A stretch of 58,732 nucleotides of DNA, from contig CANSRG010000003.1 of the NCBI GenBank assembly GCA_947649355.1, forward strand, positions 1-58,732, read 5' to 3'. Position numbers and translations under genes: made by a program. The notes under the pieces were generated by a model that had not been told where the DNA came from, made no database searches, and saw only the letters and a program-made list of their open reading frames with translations. Below, piece after piece: positions 18,655 through 28,345 of the stretch; the stretch's first letter is position 1; each line of letters begins with the position of its first letter. This stretch comes from an uncultured Mycoplasmatota bacterium. GTDB lineage: Bacteria; Bacillota_I; Bacilli_A; RF39; UBA660.

Positions 18655-20625
18655 TTAAAAAGTAATTCCATTCCATGATTCATGTGTTGGTTTATTTGCA
18701 GAACATTCATTAAACATACCATACACCGTAGTACCATTATAAACAAAATTACTTCCATATATAATTTTTGTTAAATTACTACAACCAGAAAACATATAAC
18801 CCACATCTGTTACTTTTGTTGTATCAAAATCACTCAAATCTATTGAAGTCAAACTTCCACAGTCTTTAAACATCCATCTCATATTTGTTACATTACTAGT
18901 ATTAAAATTACTTAAATTTAACTCAGTTAAACTGCTACAACCAGAAACCATACCAGACATATTAGTTACTTTTTCGGTATTAAAATTACTTAAGTCTAAT
19001 GTGATTAAACTACTACAGCCAGAAAACATACTACCCATACTCGTTACATTACTTGTATCAAAATTACTTAAATTTAACTCAGTTAAACTGCTACAACTAG
19101 AAAACATACCACCCATACTTGTTACATTACTAGTATTAAAATTACTTAAATCTAATGTGGTTAAACTACTACAGCCAGAAAACATAGAACCCATAATAGT
19201 TACGTTGCTAGTATCAAAATTACTCACATCTAATGTTGTTAAACTACTACAGTCTTCAAACATATCACCCATATCTGTGACATTTATTATATTAAAACTA
19301 CTAATATTAAGAGATAATAAACTTTCGCAGCCATTAAACATAGCACTCATATCAGTTACATTAGAAGTATTAAAATCACTTAAATTTAACTCAGTTAAAC
19401 TGCTGCAATCATTAAACATATAATACATACTAGTGACATTACTTGTATCAAAATTACTTAAATCTAATGTGGTTAAACTACTACAGCCATTAAACATAGA
19501 ACCTATTTCAGTTACATTTATAGTATCAAAATTACTTAAATCTAATGAGATCAAACTACTACAGCCAGAAAAAATCCCCAGCATATTAGTTACATTACTT
19601 GTATTAAAATTACTTAAATTTAACTCAGTTAAACTGCTGCAATCATAAAACATATAATATATACTAGTGACATTACTTGTATCTAAATCACTCAAATCTA
19701 ATGTGGTTAAACTACTACAGCCATAAAACATAGAACCCATATCAGTTACGTTGCTAGTATCTAAATATCTTATACCTTCAATAGTTTCTAACTTTTCAAA
19801 ATCAGCAAATAAAACAAATCCATCAGTTAAATATAACTTTTCGTTACTTTGTAAATAAGCTGTATATGTTGTTTCATCTTCTTCATTCACTATAGGATTT
19901 TCTACAATATAACTCATGACACTTCCATTTTGCTCATCTGTTTCATCAAAACTTGCTATTGCTTCTTCTTTTTCATTTAATTCATCTTCTATAATAAGTT
20001 TAGTAATTTGTCCTTTATATTGCCACATTCCATTATCATCGTGCTCAAGAACATCTCTTAGAGTTCCACTAGCAAGGGGAGCTTCTTCTATAAAGCTTGT
20101 CGTAACAGTTACTTTACTTTTAAATATAGCATTCATAATATCATCGTCTGGGGGAGTATTTTCATCTAACCAAAGTCTTAGTGTAAATGTTTTACTTTCT
20201 AAAGGTTCCAAATAACTTTTCTTTAACTTATATGCTGCACTTGCATTATCTAGTGTTTTCTCTACTACGTTACTTAAAATCTTTGGATTTTCTTCATCTA
20301 ACATTGCTTTAATATAGTTATGCTTATTCATAGTACTATCATTTAATACTTCTAAGTTGATTTGATAGGCAGAAAACTCATCACATGTATTCGTAATAGT
20401 AAATTCATAAGGAGTGAGTGATGCCCCTACACTATCTTCTATTGGATAAGCTTTTCCTATTTGAATTGGGTTTTGATCCGTAAACTCTACTTTAAAACAC
20501 CCCACCGTTAAACTATTCTCCTCAGTTTGCACATGAGTAACTTGCCAAAGAGCATAACTTACTCCTACTACACAAAATATTCCTATTAGTATTCCTACTG
20601 CGAGCAACACATTTTTATTTTTCAT
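18655..20625 (-). CDS. Surface protein with BspA-type/DUF285 leucine-rich repeats
   Basis: N-terminal signal/TM ending GVSYALW; 13 tandem 26-aa repeats of type FDTSNVTxMxxMFxxCSSLTxLxLSN. Confidence 0.9.
   Translation of the reverse strand: MKNKNVLLAVGILIGIFCVVGVSYALWQVTHVQTEENSLTVGCFKVEFTDQNPIQIGKAYPIEDSVGASLTPYEFTITNTCDEFSAYQINLEVLNDSTMNKHNYIKAMLDEENPKILSNVVEKTLDNASAAYKLKKSYLEPLESKTFTLRLWLDENTPPDDDIMNAIFKSKVTVTTSFIEEAPLASGTLRDVLEHDDNGMWQYKGQITKLIIEDELNEKEEAIASFDETDEQNGSVMSYIVENPIVNEEDETTYTAYLQSNEKLYLTDGFVLFADFEKLETIEGIRYLDTSNVTDMGSMFYGCSSLTTLDLSDLDTSNVTSIYYMFYDCSSLTELNLSNFNTSNVTNMLGIFSGCSSLISLDLSNFDTINVTEIGSMFNGCSSLTTLDLSNFDTSNVTSMYYMFNDCSSLTELNLSDFNTSNVTDMSAMFNGCESLLSLNISSFNIINVTDMGDMFEDCSSLTTLDVSNFDTSNVTIMGSMFSGCSSLTTLDLSNFNTSNVTSMGGMFSSCSSLTELNLSNFDTSNVTSMGSMFSGCSSLITLDLSNFNTEKVTNMSGMVSGCSSLTELNLSNFNTSNVTNMRWMFKDCGSLTSIDLSDFDTTKVTDVGYMFSGCSNLTKIIYGSNFVYNGTTVYGMFNECSANKPTHESWNGITF
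18751..19764 (-). repeat. 13 x 78-bp coding tandem repeat
   Basis: 26-aa periodicity visible in both protein and DNA. Confidence 0.9.
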
Positions 20626-20742
20626 ATAAACAACTTCCTTTTCTCTAGTATGTTCCTATCCTTTTCTAGGATACTAGTTAACACAAGAATATACTTTTTA
20701 CTATCCTTTTGATGTATTTTTTCTTCTTTTATTCTCTTAATT

Positions 20743-20774
20743 ATTGTACCATCATACCCCCCCCCCTAAGTCAA
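20743..20774 (-). promoter_or_regulatory. Promoter with G10 homopolymer in the -35/-10 spacer
   Basis: Minus strand TTGACT-TA-G10-TATGATGG-TACAAT; spacer is 20 nt. Confidence 0.6.
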
Positions 20775-20869
20775 TTTACATTTCCTTGACAAAATACTTT
20801 TGTAACAAATTTAACCTAAAAAAAAGTTGTTGCCTGTAATATTAGACAACAACCTATTATGCTAAAAAT

Positions 20870-22195
20870 TTATAAAACACGTTCTTGATTAACCTTCTCT
20901 ACATCAGATAATTTATAGCAACCATCTTCCCCTTTAACACCAATATTTATAAATCCATTAAAACCATATTCATCAATTTGTTCATTCGTATAAGCAATTC
21001 GTATACTACCATCTTCTTCATTTAGAAAATAAGATTCTAAAACAGTCCTTGCAAAATTTGGAGCATATAATGGTTTAGTAATCATACTACCATCACTTCC
21101 TAAAGTTGCATTAGAATATGCATTAGAATTTAAAGATATTTGAAAATAATCGCCTATTAAAACAACTGGTTCAAAAGAAATTGGTTCTTCTATTTTCTCT
21201 GGTTTTGGAAAAAGTAGTCCTTCTTTTAAAAGATGAAAAGAAACATTTCCAGGTAAATTTGGATTCAAAAGAGCAATTCCAGTTTTTTCTTGATAACGAG
21301 ATACTTTTTTATAAATATCAGCAAGAAGTGATTCAGGAGTTTCTTCTATAACTAGAGTCTCATCTTTAACAGGAAAAGTAGATTCTACAGACGAAACTTC
21401 TTCTAAAATATCTTGACTCTGTTCTTTTTCCTCATGATAAAAACCAGTTAAAAAAGTTCTATAACTTTCTAAATCTTCTTTTGTCGGTTCCAAATCTTTT
21501 CTAGATTCTAAATTTTTTGGAGGTTCTGAAATTACTATGTCTTCTGTATGAATAAGTTCTACTGGATCTTTTACTACCTCATCTGGTGATTCAAATAAAG
21601 AGGCCAAATCATTTGAAAACTCTTGTAATTCCTTAGGATATTCTAAACCTTCTTCACTCTTTATTTCTTCTTTTTCCTTAGAATAAAAGTTACGAATATA
21701 AGATAAATATTCTTCTTCACTTTCTTGATGAGACTTTATTCTTGGTAAAACATCCTGTTCTTCTAACAATTCATCAGTTTGAAATAAACCTTGATAAATA
21801 GAATTTAATTGGTTTTGAACTTTATGAAAAGTATTTACTTGTCTTACAACGTCTCCTGCCATATCAAAATTACTTTTTAATTTATCATACATAGTAATAA
21901 GTTGTAACAATCTAGAATAAGCTGTAAAATCTTGAGCTCCACTTAGTGATATCTTTTGTTTTAACTTCTTTTGTACTAAAAGCATCTCTTGATAATAAAA
22001 AAGACGACTTTCTAAAAATAACAACTTTTCTTTCGAAGAAGAACCTAAATTTTTAATATTTTCAAAAAGAATCTTCATACTATCTAATGTAGTAAAGAAA
22101 AAAGAAAGATCTAAAGATTCTGTTTTTAAGTTCTCACAATAACGAACAAATTCTTTATCTTTTTCTAAAAAATTTTGATATAATTTCTCAAACAT
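20870..22195 (-). CDS. Hypothetical acidic protein
   Basis: 441-aa ORF with AGGTG RBS; no motif recognised. Confidence 0.7.
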   Translation of the reverse strand: MFEKLYQNFLEKDKEFVRYCENLKTESLDLSFFFTTLDSMKILFENIKNLGSSSKEKLLFLESRLFYYQEMLLVQKKLKQKISLSGAQDFTAYSRLLQLITMYDKLKSNFDMAGDVVRQVNTFHKVQNQLNSIYQGLFQTDELLEEQDVLPRIKSHQESEEEYLSYIRNFYSKEKEEIKSEEGLEYPKELQEFSNDLASLFESPDEVVKDPVELIHTEDIVISEPPKNLESRKDLEPTKEDLESYRTFLTGFYHEEKEQSQDILEEVSSVESTFPVKDETLVIEETPESLLADIYKKVSRYQEKTGIALLNPNLPGNVSFHLLKEGLLFPKPEKIEEPISFEPVVLIGDYFQISLNSNAYSNATLGSDGSMITKPLYAPNFARTVLESYFLNEEDGSIRIAYTNEQIDEYGFNGFINIGVKGEDGCYKLSDVEKVNQERVL

Positions 22196-22271
22196 ACTAA
22201 ATCACCTAGTCTCTACTTATAAAGTATAGCATAAAAAAAAAGAAAAAAAAAGAAGATTCTTTTGGAATCCT

Positions 22272-22688
22272 CTATACGCATTCTACGTAAGTGTCAGATA
22301 AACAACGAATTGCACATACACATCCTAAATCTATGGTAAAGAATGAGTTTGTAGCAACATATGGATTTAAGCTCGTAGTGTCTGGATTTGGTTCTAGAAC
22401 GCGACATGTACAACAGTTATTATCAACTTTTTCTACACGAAATACAGTAGACGTTACTCTTGGAACCACAGGATCTTTACTAGTTGGCATTGCAAATGGC
22501 TCTCCATTAGAACCACAAGTAAATAGCTCAATTGGTCTAGTATTACAAATCAAACAATTTGGCCCTCCACCTAAAACAGGTCGATCACATGAATCTAAGC
22601 ATGAATCTGGACAAGCATTTTGTTGTAGTACTAAAATAACGTTTAAGATTTCTGCAATACAATTTGATGAAGTTTCGTTATTACACAT
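22272..22688 (-). CDS. CotY/CotZ family spore coat protein
   Basis: Cys-rich; CIAEILNVILVLQ, NTRP, FRVEKVDNNCCTCRVL and IDLGCVCAIRCL motifs. Confidence 0.85.
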   Translation of the reverse strand: MCNNETSSNCIAEILNVILVLQQNACPDSCLDSCDRPVLGGGPNCLICNTRPIELFTCGSNGEPFAMPTSKDPVVPRVTSTVFRVEKVDNNCCTCRVLEPNPDTTSLNPYVATNSFFTIDLGCVCAIRCLSDTYVECV

Positions 22689-22792
22689 ACATATTCCCCT
22701 TTCCTATATTCTCACTAATAATTTATGTCAAATTTTTATTTTAGTGCATTTTTAATCATTTTATAGTATAATTTAGATAGAGGGTGATATCT

Positions 22793-23110
22793 ATGGAAGA
22801 ATGGCTAGTATATCTCGTCATTATCATTGTATTATTAGTAATTTCTTTAATTGTAAGAAAGCTAATGAAAAAAGATTTCCATTTAGAAGCAAATAAATTA
22901 TTAGGTCTTCTTGGTGGAAAAGATAATATCGTTAGTGCAGAATGCAACATGTCAAGATTTAAAGTAATTCTTAAAGATGTATCTATAGTAGACAAAGAAG
23001 GAATCACAAAACTAGGTGCAAAAGGAATTGTCGAAATAGAAAATCAATTAAAAATTATTTTTGGACGTGATGCAAAACAATTAAAAAAATATATTGATGA
23101 ATTACTATAG
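22793..23110 (+). CDS. Stand-alone PTS EIIB (glucose/sucrose-type)-like protein with N-terminal TM
   Basis: LGGKDNI...SRFKVILKD...LGAKG...QLKIIFG matches the EIIB fold. Start moved to ATG 22793. Confidence 0.75.
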   Translation: MEEWLVYLVIIIVLLVISLIVRKLMKKDFHLEANKLLGLLGGKDNIVSAECNMSRFKVILKDVSIVDKEGITKLGAKGIVEIENQLKIIFGRDAKQLKKYIDELL

Positions 23111-23114
23111 ATTT

Positions 23115-23417
23115 CTATAGTTTTTTTATATCTAAAATATCTGTAATACGAATTTTTTTTCCATCCATTGTTAATAAAGAATTGCCGCTTTTTCCAACAA
23201 TAACAACATGTAAAATATCATGATCTTTTGTAGTAATTTCTACTTTACTTTTGTATACAAAGTCACGACTTTGAAAAATAGAATCAATTTCTTTCAAAAT
23301 ATTTTTTGTATCTTTTTTGTTTTCTAAAAGCTTACTATAAAATAAATCTGTATTGTTTCTAAGTTCTTTTTCAATTGGTTTTGAAAAAACTTTTGGTAAA
23401 TCTTTCAAAATACTCAC
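23115..23417 (-). CDS. Hypothetical protein
   Basis: 100-aa ORF with GAGGTG RBS. Confidence 0.65.
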   Translation of the reverse strand: MSILKDLPKVFSKPIEKELRNNTDLFYSKLLENKKDTKNILKEIDSIFQSRDFVYKSKVEITTKDHDILHVVIVGKSGNSLLTMDGKKIRITDILDIKKL

Positions 23418-23467
23418 CTCAACATATTTTATGTTTAAAATACAAATTCATGAAACATAATAAATAT

Positions 23468-24568
23468 ATGAAAACAAATAAATTAAAAAAAATAACTTTC
23501 TTAATTCCCTTTTCTATTCTATTATTTATTAGTTTGGCAATTATGTATCATGCAAAATTTATTACAAATACCTATGCATCACATTTTAAAAAACAACTAC
23601 TTTGGTATATTATAGGAATAGTAATTATTTTTCTTTTTAAAAAAATAAAAATTAAAAAACTCTTTGATTACAGCTTTTTATTTTATTTAATCAATATAGG
23701 ACTTTTAATATTAGTACTTTTTATTGGCAGTAACATTAACGGAGCGAAAGCTTGGATTGACTTAAAATATTTTAATTTACAACCAAGTGAACTAATGAAA
23801 TTATCTTATTCTTTATTTTTAGCAAAATTTATTTCTAAAAAGAAATTGAAAAACAAAAAAGAAGAATTACTATTTTTAATAGAAATACTAGGAATATTTT
23901 TAATACCTTCTTTTTTAGTATTTCTAGAACCAGATACTGGAGCAATTATATTTTATGGAGCAATTACACTAGTTTTACTTTGGAACTCTACTCTTCGAAA
24001 AAGATGGTTCTTAATAATTGGTATTTTTTTAATGATTTTTATATGTGGATTTTTCTACTGTTATTTTTTGGAAAAAGATTTTTTAATATCCATTTTAGGA
24101 ACATCATTTTTTTATCGAATGGATAGACTCTTAAATTTCCGAGAAGGAATGCAAATAGAACATGCCCTTATCGCGATAGGAAGTGCAGATTTTCTAAAAT
24201 TTTCTCTTACAAAAACAGGAATTTATATTCCAGAGTCCCCTACAGACTTTGCTTTTGCATTGACTTCAAATGTGTTTGGTTTATTTGGAAATATCATGAT
24301 TATTATTTGCTTTTTTCTATTAGATTGGTGGTTTATAAATGATTGGAAAACAAAAAAGAAAAAAGAAGAAAAACTTTTTTATTTATCATTTATAACAATC
24401 TTTCTACTAAGTCAAATAATAAATATTAGTATGAATTTAGGCATTTTTCCCATCATTGGAATTCCTCTACCATTTATAAGTTATGGAGGTTCTTCTACAA
24501 TTGTATTATTTTTGTATTTAGCAATTATTTTTTCTAGTAAACAAAAGAAAAAGACACATCGTGTCTAA
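23468..24568 (+). CDS. FtsW/RodA/SpoVE (SEDS) family protein
   Basis: GAKAWI, QPSELMK, EPDTG, PESPTDF and GIPLPFISYGGSS motifs. Start uncertain; ATG 23468 preferred. Confidence 0.9.
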   Translation: MKTNKLKKITFLIPFSILLFISLAIMYHAKFITNTYASHFKKQLLWYIIGIVIIFLFKKIKIKKLFDYSFLFYLINIGLLILVLFIGSNINGAKAWIDLKYFNLQPSELMKLSYSLFLAKFISKKKLKNKKEELLFLIEILGIFLIPSFLVFLEPDTGAIIFYGAITLVLLWNSTLRKRWFLIIGIFLMIFICGFFYCYFLEKDFLISILGTSFFYRMDRLLNFREGMQIEHALIAIGSADFLKFSLTKTGIYIPESPTDFAFALTSNVFGLFGNIMIIICFFLLDWWFINDWKTKKKKEEKLFYLSFITIFLLSQIINISMNLGIFPIIGIPLPFISYGGSSTIVLFLYLAIIFSSKQKKKTHRV

Positions 24569-24780
24569 TATGGAAAATAATAACTATAAGAATAATTACC
24601 ATAAGGCCCCATTGGTCTTGGTGGTGGAGGTGGTGGCATAGGTCTTGGTGGTGCAACATTATAAATAGGTCGTGGTCTTGTAAGACCTACTGCTGCTCCA
24701 CCAGTCAAAGCCCCAACTAAAAATGGAAATACAAATTGCCGATCACCATTTCCACGATAATTCATTGGATACGAAAACAT
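24565..24780 (-). CDS. Small Pro/Tyr-rich protein, spore-coat-like
   Basis: GAGGAG RBS, poly-Pro tract, Tyr-rich tail. Confidence 0.6.
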   Translation of the reverse strand: MFSYPMNYRGNGDRQFVFPFLVGALTGGAAVGLTRPRPIYNVAPPRPMPPPPPPRPMGPYGNYSYSYYFPY

Positions 24781-24841
24781 AAAAAATTACTCCTCTCATC
24801 AATAATATATGAAAAGAAAAAAAGAAGCACTAGACACCTGC

Positions 24842-25411
24842 CTATTTTGCTTTCTTCTTTGTTTTTAAAACTTCATTTTTCTTAGAAGACTTTGTATTCT
24901 TCTTCGTTTCTAATACTTTTTCACTTTTTTTCTTAGAAGTATTTTTTTTATTTGTAGATACTTTTGGTTTAGAAGTATTTTGTTTCTTTTTAATTTCTTT
25001 TTCTTCTATCACTTCAACTTCATCAAGCTCAATCAAAAACTCATCTAGTAAAGAAGTCGCGCCATGTTTTACTTCGTTTGCTACACGTTCTACAACAGGA
25101 GCTCCAATTTCTTTAGCATCAGAAATAAGTTCATTACACTTCATAGTAATGAGAGAAACTTTTTCCTTCACAATATCTTTAGCCATATCACTACTAATAG
25201 AAGATAATTCTTCTTTAATTTCTTTCACTTTATTTAAAAGAGATAACTTTGATTCTTCTATATCAATATTTTTAATAGTATCAACAAGTAAAGCAAATGA
25301 TGTTTTTAAGTCATTTCTTGTTTCACTACCTTCTTTCGGAGCAAGTAAAATACCAAGTCCAACACCTACTAATGCACCCGTAAAAAAAGAACGAAATCTT
25401 CCTTGACTCAT
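24842..25411 (-). CDS. YtxH-domain protein
   Basis: FFTGALVGVGLGILLAPKEGSETR signature. Confidence 0.85.
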   Translation of the reverse strand: MSQGRFRSFFTGALVGVGLGILLAPKEGSETRNDLKTSFALLVDTIKNIDIEESKLSLLNKVKEIKEELSSISSDMAKDIVKEKVSLITMKCNELISDAKEIGAPVVERVANEVKHGATSLLDEFLIELDEVEVIEEKEIKKKQNTSKPKVSTNKKNTSKKKSEKVLETKKNTKSSKKNEVLKTKKKAK

Positions 25412-25716
25412 GATTCCTTTGTCTCCTTTTTAGAAACCTCTTTTTTCTTATTCTTTTTTGCAGTAAACAAATTTGCAATTAAAGAAGTAATTCCTTCTAC
25501 AACTTTATCAGTAATCAAAACAATACGATCTGTAGTACTATCAATAATATGAAATAGACCATCTAAAGCTTTTACTTTTTCATTTACATTATCAACTACT
25601 TTTTCTACTTTATCTAAAGTAACTAAACATTTAATAACTAACACAATTCCAATAATTAAAATAATAATTAACAATACATAAATTACAATAGGTAAAAATT
25701 CTAATAAAAAACTCAT
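25408..25716 (-). CDS. YtxG/DUF948-like membrane protein
   Basis: N-terminal TM plus coiled coil, directly upstream of ytxH-like gene. Start moved to ATG 25716. Confidence 0.65.
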   Translation of the reverse strand: MSFLLEFLPIVIYVLLIIILIIGIVLVIKCLVTLDKVEKVVDNVNEKVKALDGLFHIIDSTTDRIVLITDKVVEGITSLIANLFTAKKNKKKEVSKKETKES

Positions 25717-25717
25717 C

Positions 25718-26584
25718 TTATTCATCCTCTCTATTTTCATACATTGAATCGATTAAATCAAATAAATCACTTTCTAATGTATCATCATCTTCAATTTTTT
25801 CCTGTTCACTTTTCTCTGTTTGTTGATCTAATACTGCTAATTCTAATTCTTCATCATTTTGTATCACTATATCTTCTTCTATATCAGTATTTGGTTCTTC
25901 CAAAAAAGTTTCTTCTTCTTTAAAATCAGGAAGTTCAATCGTAGCAAAAGAAGTTTCTTCTAATAAATCATCAATAGTCTTTTCCTCTTCTACTTCTTTC
26001 TTTTTCATAACTGGTGTTTCTTTTACAGGCACATTTAAACTTTTCTCAATATCATCTTCTAAAGTCCCAAAAGCTTTTTTACGTACATCATCCACATCAA
26101 TTTGTTTTGGAAGAGGTTTTGCAACAACAATATCTTCTTTTTTATAATTTTTATCTAAGACTCCATAAACTGGAGAAATAACAGGAGAAGGTCGAAATTT
26201 TCTAGAATCAAAATCGCTCTTTTTAGATTCATAAGCACGTCCTTTAATCTCTGGAGCTTTTGTAATTCTTGGAACTTCTTTCTTTTTAGGATTTTCATAA
26301 TCAAACAAGTTAATACTCATATTTTCTTTATTATCTTGTTTAGAATCCTTCATTTCCTCAAATTCTTCATCATCAAAAACAGGAAAATCAAAAGTTTTCT
26401 CTGCCTTAAACAAATCACGTTCTTTTAAAAGTGGCTCTGATTCTTTCTCTTCAAAAACAACACTTCTTCTTTTTTCTATTGGCTTTGGTTCCTCAATTTT
26501 TTCTTTTTTGATAGGTTCCGAAGCTGGTATTTCAATCTCTTCTTCTTCAAATAACACATTCTTAATCTTATTTAACAATCCCAT
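25718..26584 (-). CDS. Hypothetical acidic protein
   Basis: 288-aa ORF containing FRPSPVISPVYG; GAGG RBS. Confidence 0.7.
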   Translation of the reverse strand: MGLLNKIKNVLFEEEEIEIPASEPIKKEKIEEPKPIEKRRSVVFEEKESEPLLKERDLFKAEKTFDFPVFDDEEFEEMKDSKQDNKENMSINLFDYENPKKKEVPRITKAPEIKGRAYESKKSDFDSRKFRPSPVISPVYGVLDKNYKKEDIVVAKPLPKQIDVDDVRKKAFGTLEDDIEKSLNVPVKETPVMKKKEVEEEKTIDDLLEETSFATIELPDFKEEETFLEEPNTDIEEDIVIQNDEELELAVLDQQTEKSEQEKIEDDDTLESDLFDLIDSMYENREDE

Positions 26585-26599
26585 AATTACCCTCTTTTC

Positions 26600-27247
26600 T
26601 TATCTACGAATAAAATCTGGATCAACAATTTCATCTTTTTCTTCATATTGTCCATACTCTTCTACTATTTGTAGATACTCACTTTCTGTCTCTGCACTTT
26701 CAAAAATATTATAAACAACTTCATTTGCTTTTAGTGCATCTTCACCCATTAAATTGGCTAAAACTTCATCTTGATAGGAAATAGAAGAAAGAATTGACAT
26801 GCCATATAAAAGTATATTAGGTATATTTTCTTTATCTACTATCACTTCTATTTTAGCATAATTATACATGATTTCAACAAAATATTTTTCATTTTCCAAT
26901 TTTTTTATTTCTGTATACCCAAATTTATCATCTTTTAAAAGTTCTTTACTAAAATAAACATCAGGTTTTACATTATAATCTTTCTTGGTTTTATTAAAAT
27001 AACTTACTCGGTCTACATACATATAAAATATAGAGTCTTCATAAGAAAACACTTCATTACTACCTTCATGACCAATTTTTTTTAATCCCTTAGGTAAATA
27101 ATATTTGTACCCTGAACGAAATGTATTATAAATGTTAATAGAAGAAGAAAGACCTTCTGAAAGTAAAGTATCATAACTAGATTCACTAAAAGAACTACAT
27201 CCACTTCCTAAAAAAAGTAAGATAAAAAGAATAAACATTTTTTTCAT
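26600..27247 (-). CDS. Putative lipoprotein
   Basis: Signal peptide with lipobox-like LGSGC. Confidence 0.7.
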   Translation of the reverse strand: MKKMFILFILLFLGSGCSSFSESSYDTLLSEGLSSSINIYNTFRSGYKYYLPKGLKKIGHEGSNEVFSYEDSIFYMYVDRVSYFNKTKKDYNVKPDVYFSKELLKDDKFGYTEIKKLENEKYFVEIMYNYAKIEVIVDKENIPNILLYGMSILSSISYQDEVLANLMGEDALKANEVVYNIFESAETESEYLQIVEEYGQYEEKDEIVDPDFIRR

Positions 27248-27301
27248 ATAAAAATCTCCCTAGGCTTTCTAAGTATATCAAAAAAAGAAAAAAAAGTAAA
27301 A

Positions 27302-27934
27302 TTACTGATTCTTCCAAGCTTTTAAATAATTGATTTTATAACCAAGACTAGAAAATTTTTCTTCATATTCCGTTAAAACATTAGAAATATCTGTATTTAA
27401 AAGATCTAAACTAACGCGTTCAAAAATATAACCATATTGACTAAGCGTCTCTAAACTATAAGAAAATAAGGATATATTATCTGTTTTTTGAATAATTCGA
27501 TTTTTATCTTTAAAAATAGCATCATAAACTTTTAAAAAATTGGGACTAGTAAGCCTTCTTTTAGCATGACGTACTTTAGGCCAAGGGTCAGAAAAATTCA
27601 AATAAAGAGTATGAATTTCTTTGGTAAATACTTTTTCTAAGTCTTTCGCATCATAACAAAAAAAACGAATATTAGATATATTTTCTAAAGAAACTTTTTC
27701 AATTGCTCTTACTAACACACTTGCATACTTTTCGACTCCAATAAAGTTAATATTAGGAAATTTCTTGGCCATTTGAATTAAAAACTGCCCTTTTCCAGTT
27801 CCAATTTCTAAATGTATAGGATTAGAATTAGAAAATAAAGTTTGAAAATTTCCACGATACTCTAGAGGATTTTTTAAATAATAAGGACTATTTTCTAATA
27901 TGCTTACTGCATTTTTCACATTTCTTAAACGCAT
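27302..27934 (-). CDS. trmB: tRNA (guanine-N7)-methyltransferase
   Basis: MRLR start, LEIGTGKG, NFSDPWPKVRHAKRRLT and TEYEEKF motifs. Confidence 0.96.
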   Translation of the reverse strand: MRLRNVKNAVSILENSPYYLKNPLEYRGNFQTLFSNSNPIHLEIGTGKGQFLIQMAKKFPNINFIGVEKYASVLVRAIEKVSLENISNIRFFCYDAKDLEKVFTKEIHTLYLNFSDPWPKVRHAKRRLTSPNFLKVYDAIFKDKNRIIQKTDNISLFSYSLETLSQYGYIFERVSLDLLNTDISNVLTEYEEKFSSLGYKINYLKAWKNQ

Positions 27935-27987
27935 AATATCACTTCTTTCTATTATTTTGCATATACTTTTTATAAAGGAGGACTTTT

Positions 27988-28329
27988 ATGAAAAAAAATC
28001 GTAATTCATTTTTTGAAAGTTCAAATTTTAATATGAGTAGTATGGGGTCTAACATGAATACATTTCCAATGGGTATGAATATGATGAATCAACCAATGCC
28101 TAATATGAATGCTAGTTCAAATTTTTATGCTTCAACAAATATGCCAATGCCAATGCCAAATTATCCAAACATGAATAACAATTCTTCGACATTTGACGAA
28201 CTAGAAAGTCGCATGGCAAGATTAGAAAGAAACCTAAATCGACTAGATGCAAGACTAACAAAACTAGAAGGTAACATGTTCCAAACAACAACTACTTTTG
28301 ATTCAGATGGTAATATGTATATGGTATAG
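27988..28329 (+). CDS. Met/Asn/Pro-rich protein with C-terminal coiled coil, spore-coat-like
   Basis: AAGGAGG RBS; low-complexity N-half and ELESRMARLERNLNRLDARL. Confidence 0.65.
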   Translation: MKKNRNSFFESSNFNMSSMGSNMNTFPMGMNMMNQPMPNMNASSNFYASTNMPMPMPNYPNMNNNSSTFDELESRMARLERNLNRLDARLTKLEGNMFQTTTTFDSDGNMYMV

Positions 28330-28345
28330 AACGTAAAGTTCTTTT

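Noticed and set aside
18751-19764. Possible CRISPR array or DGR variable region
   Set aside because: The 78-bp repeats are in-frame coding LRR units with no unique spacers. No cas or reverse transcriptase gene is in the window.
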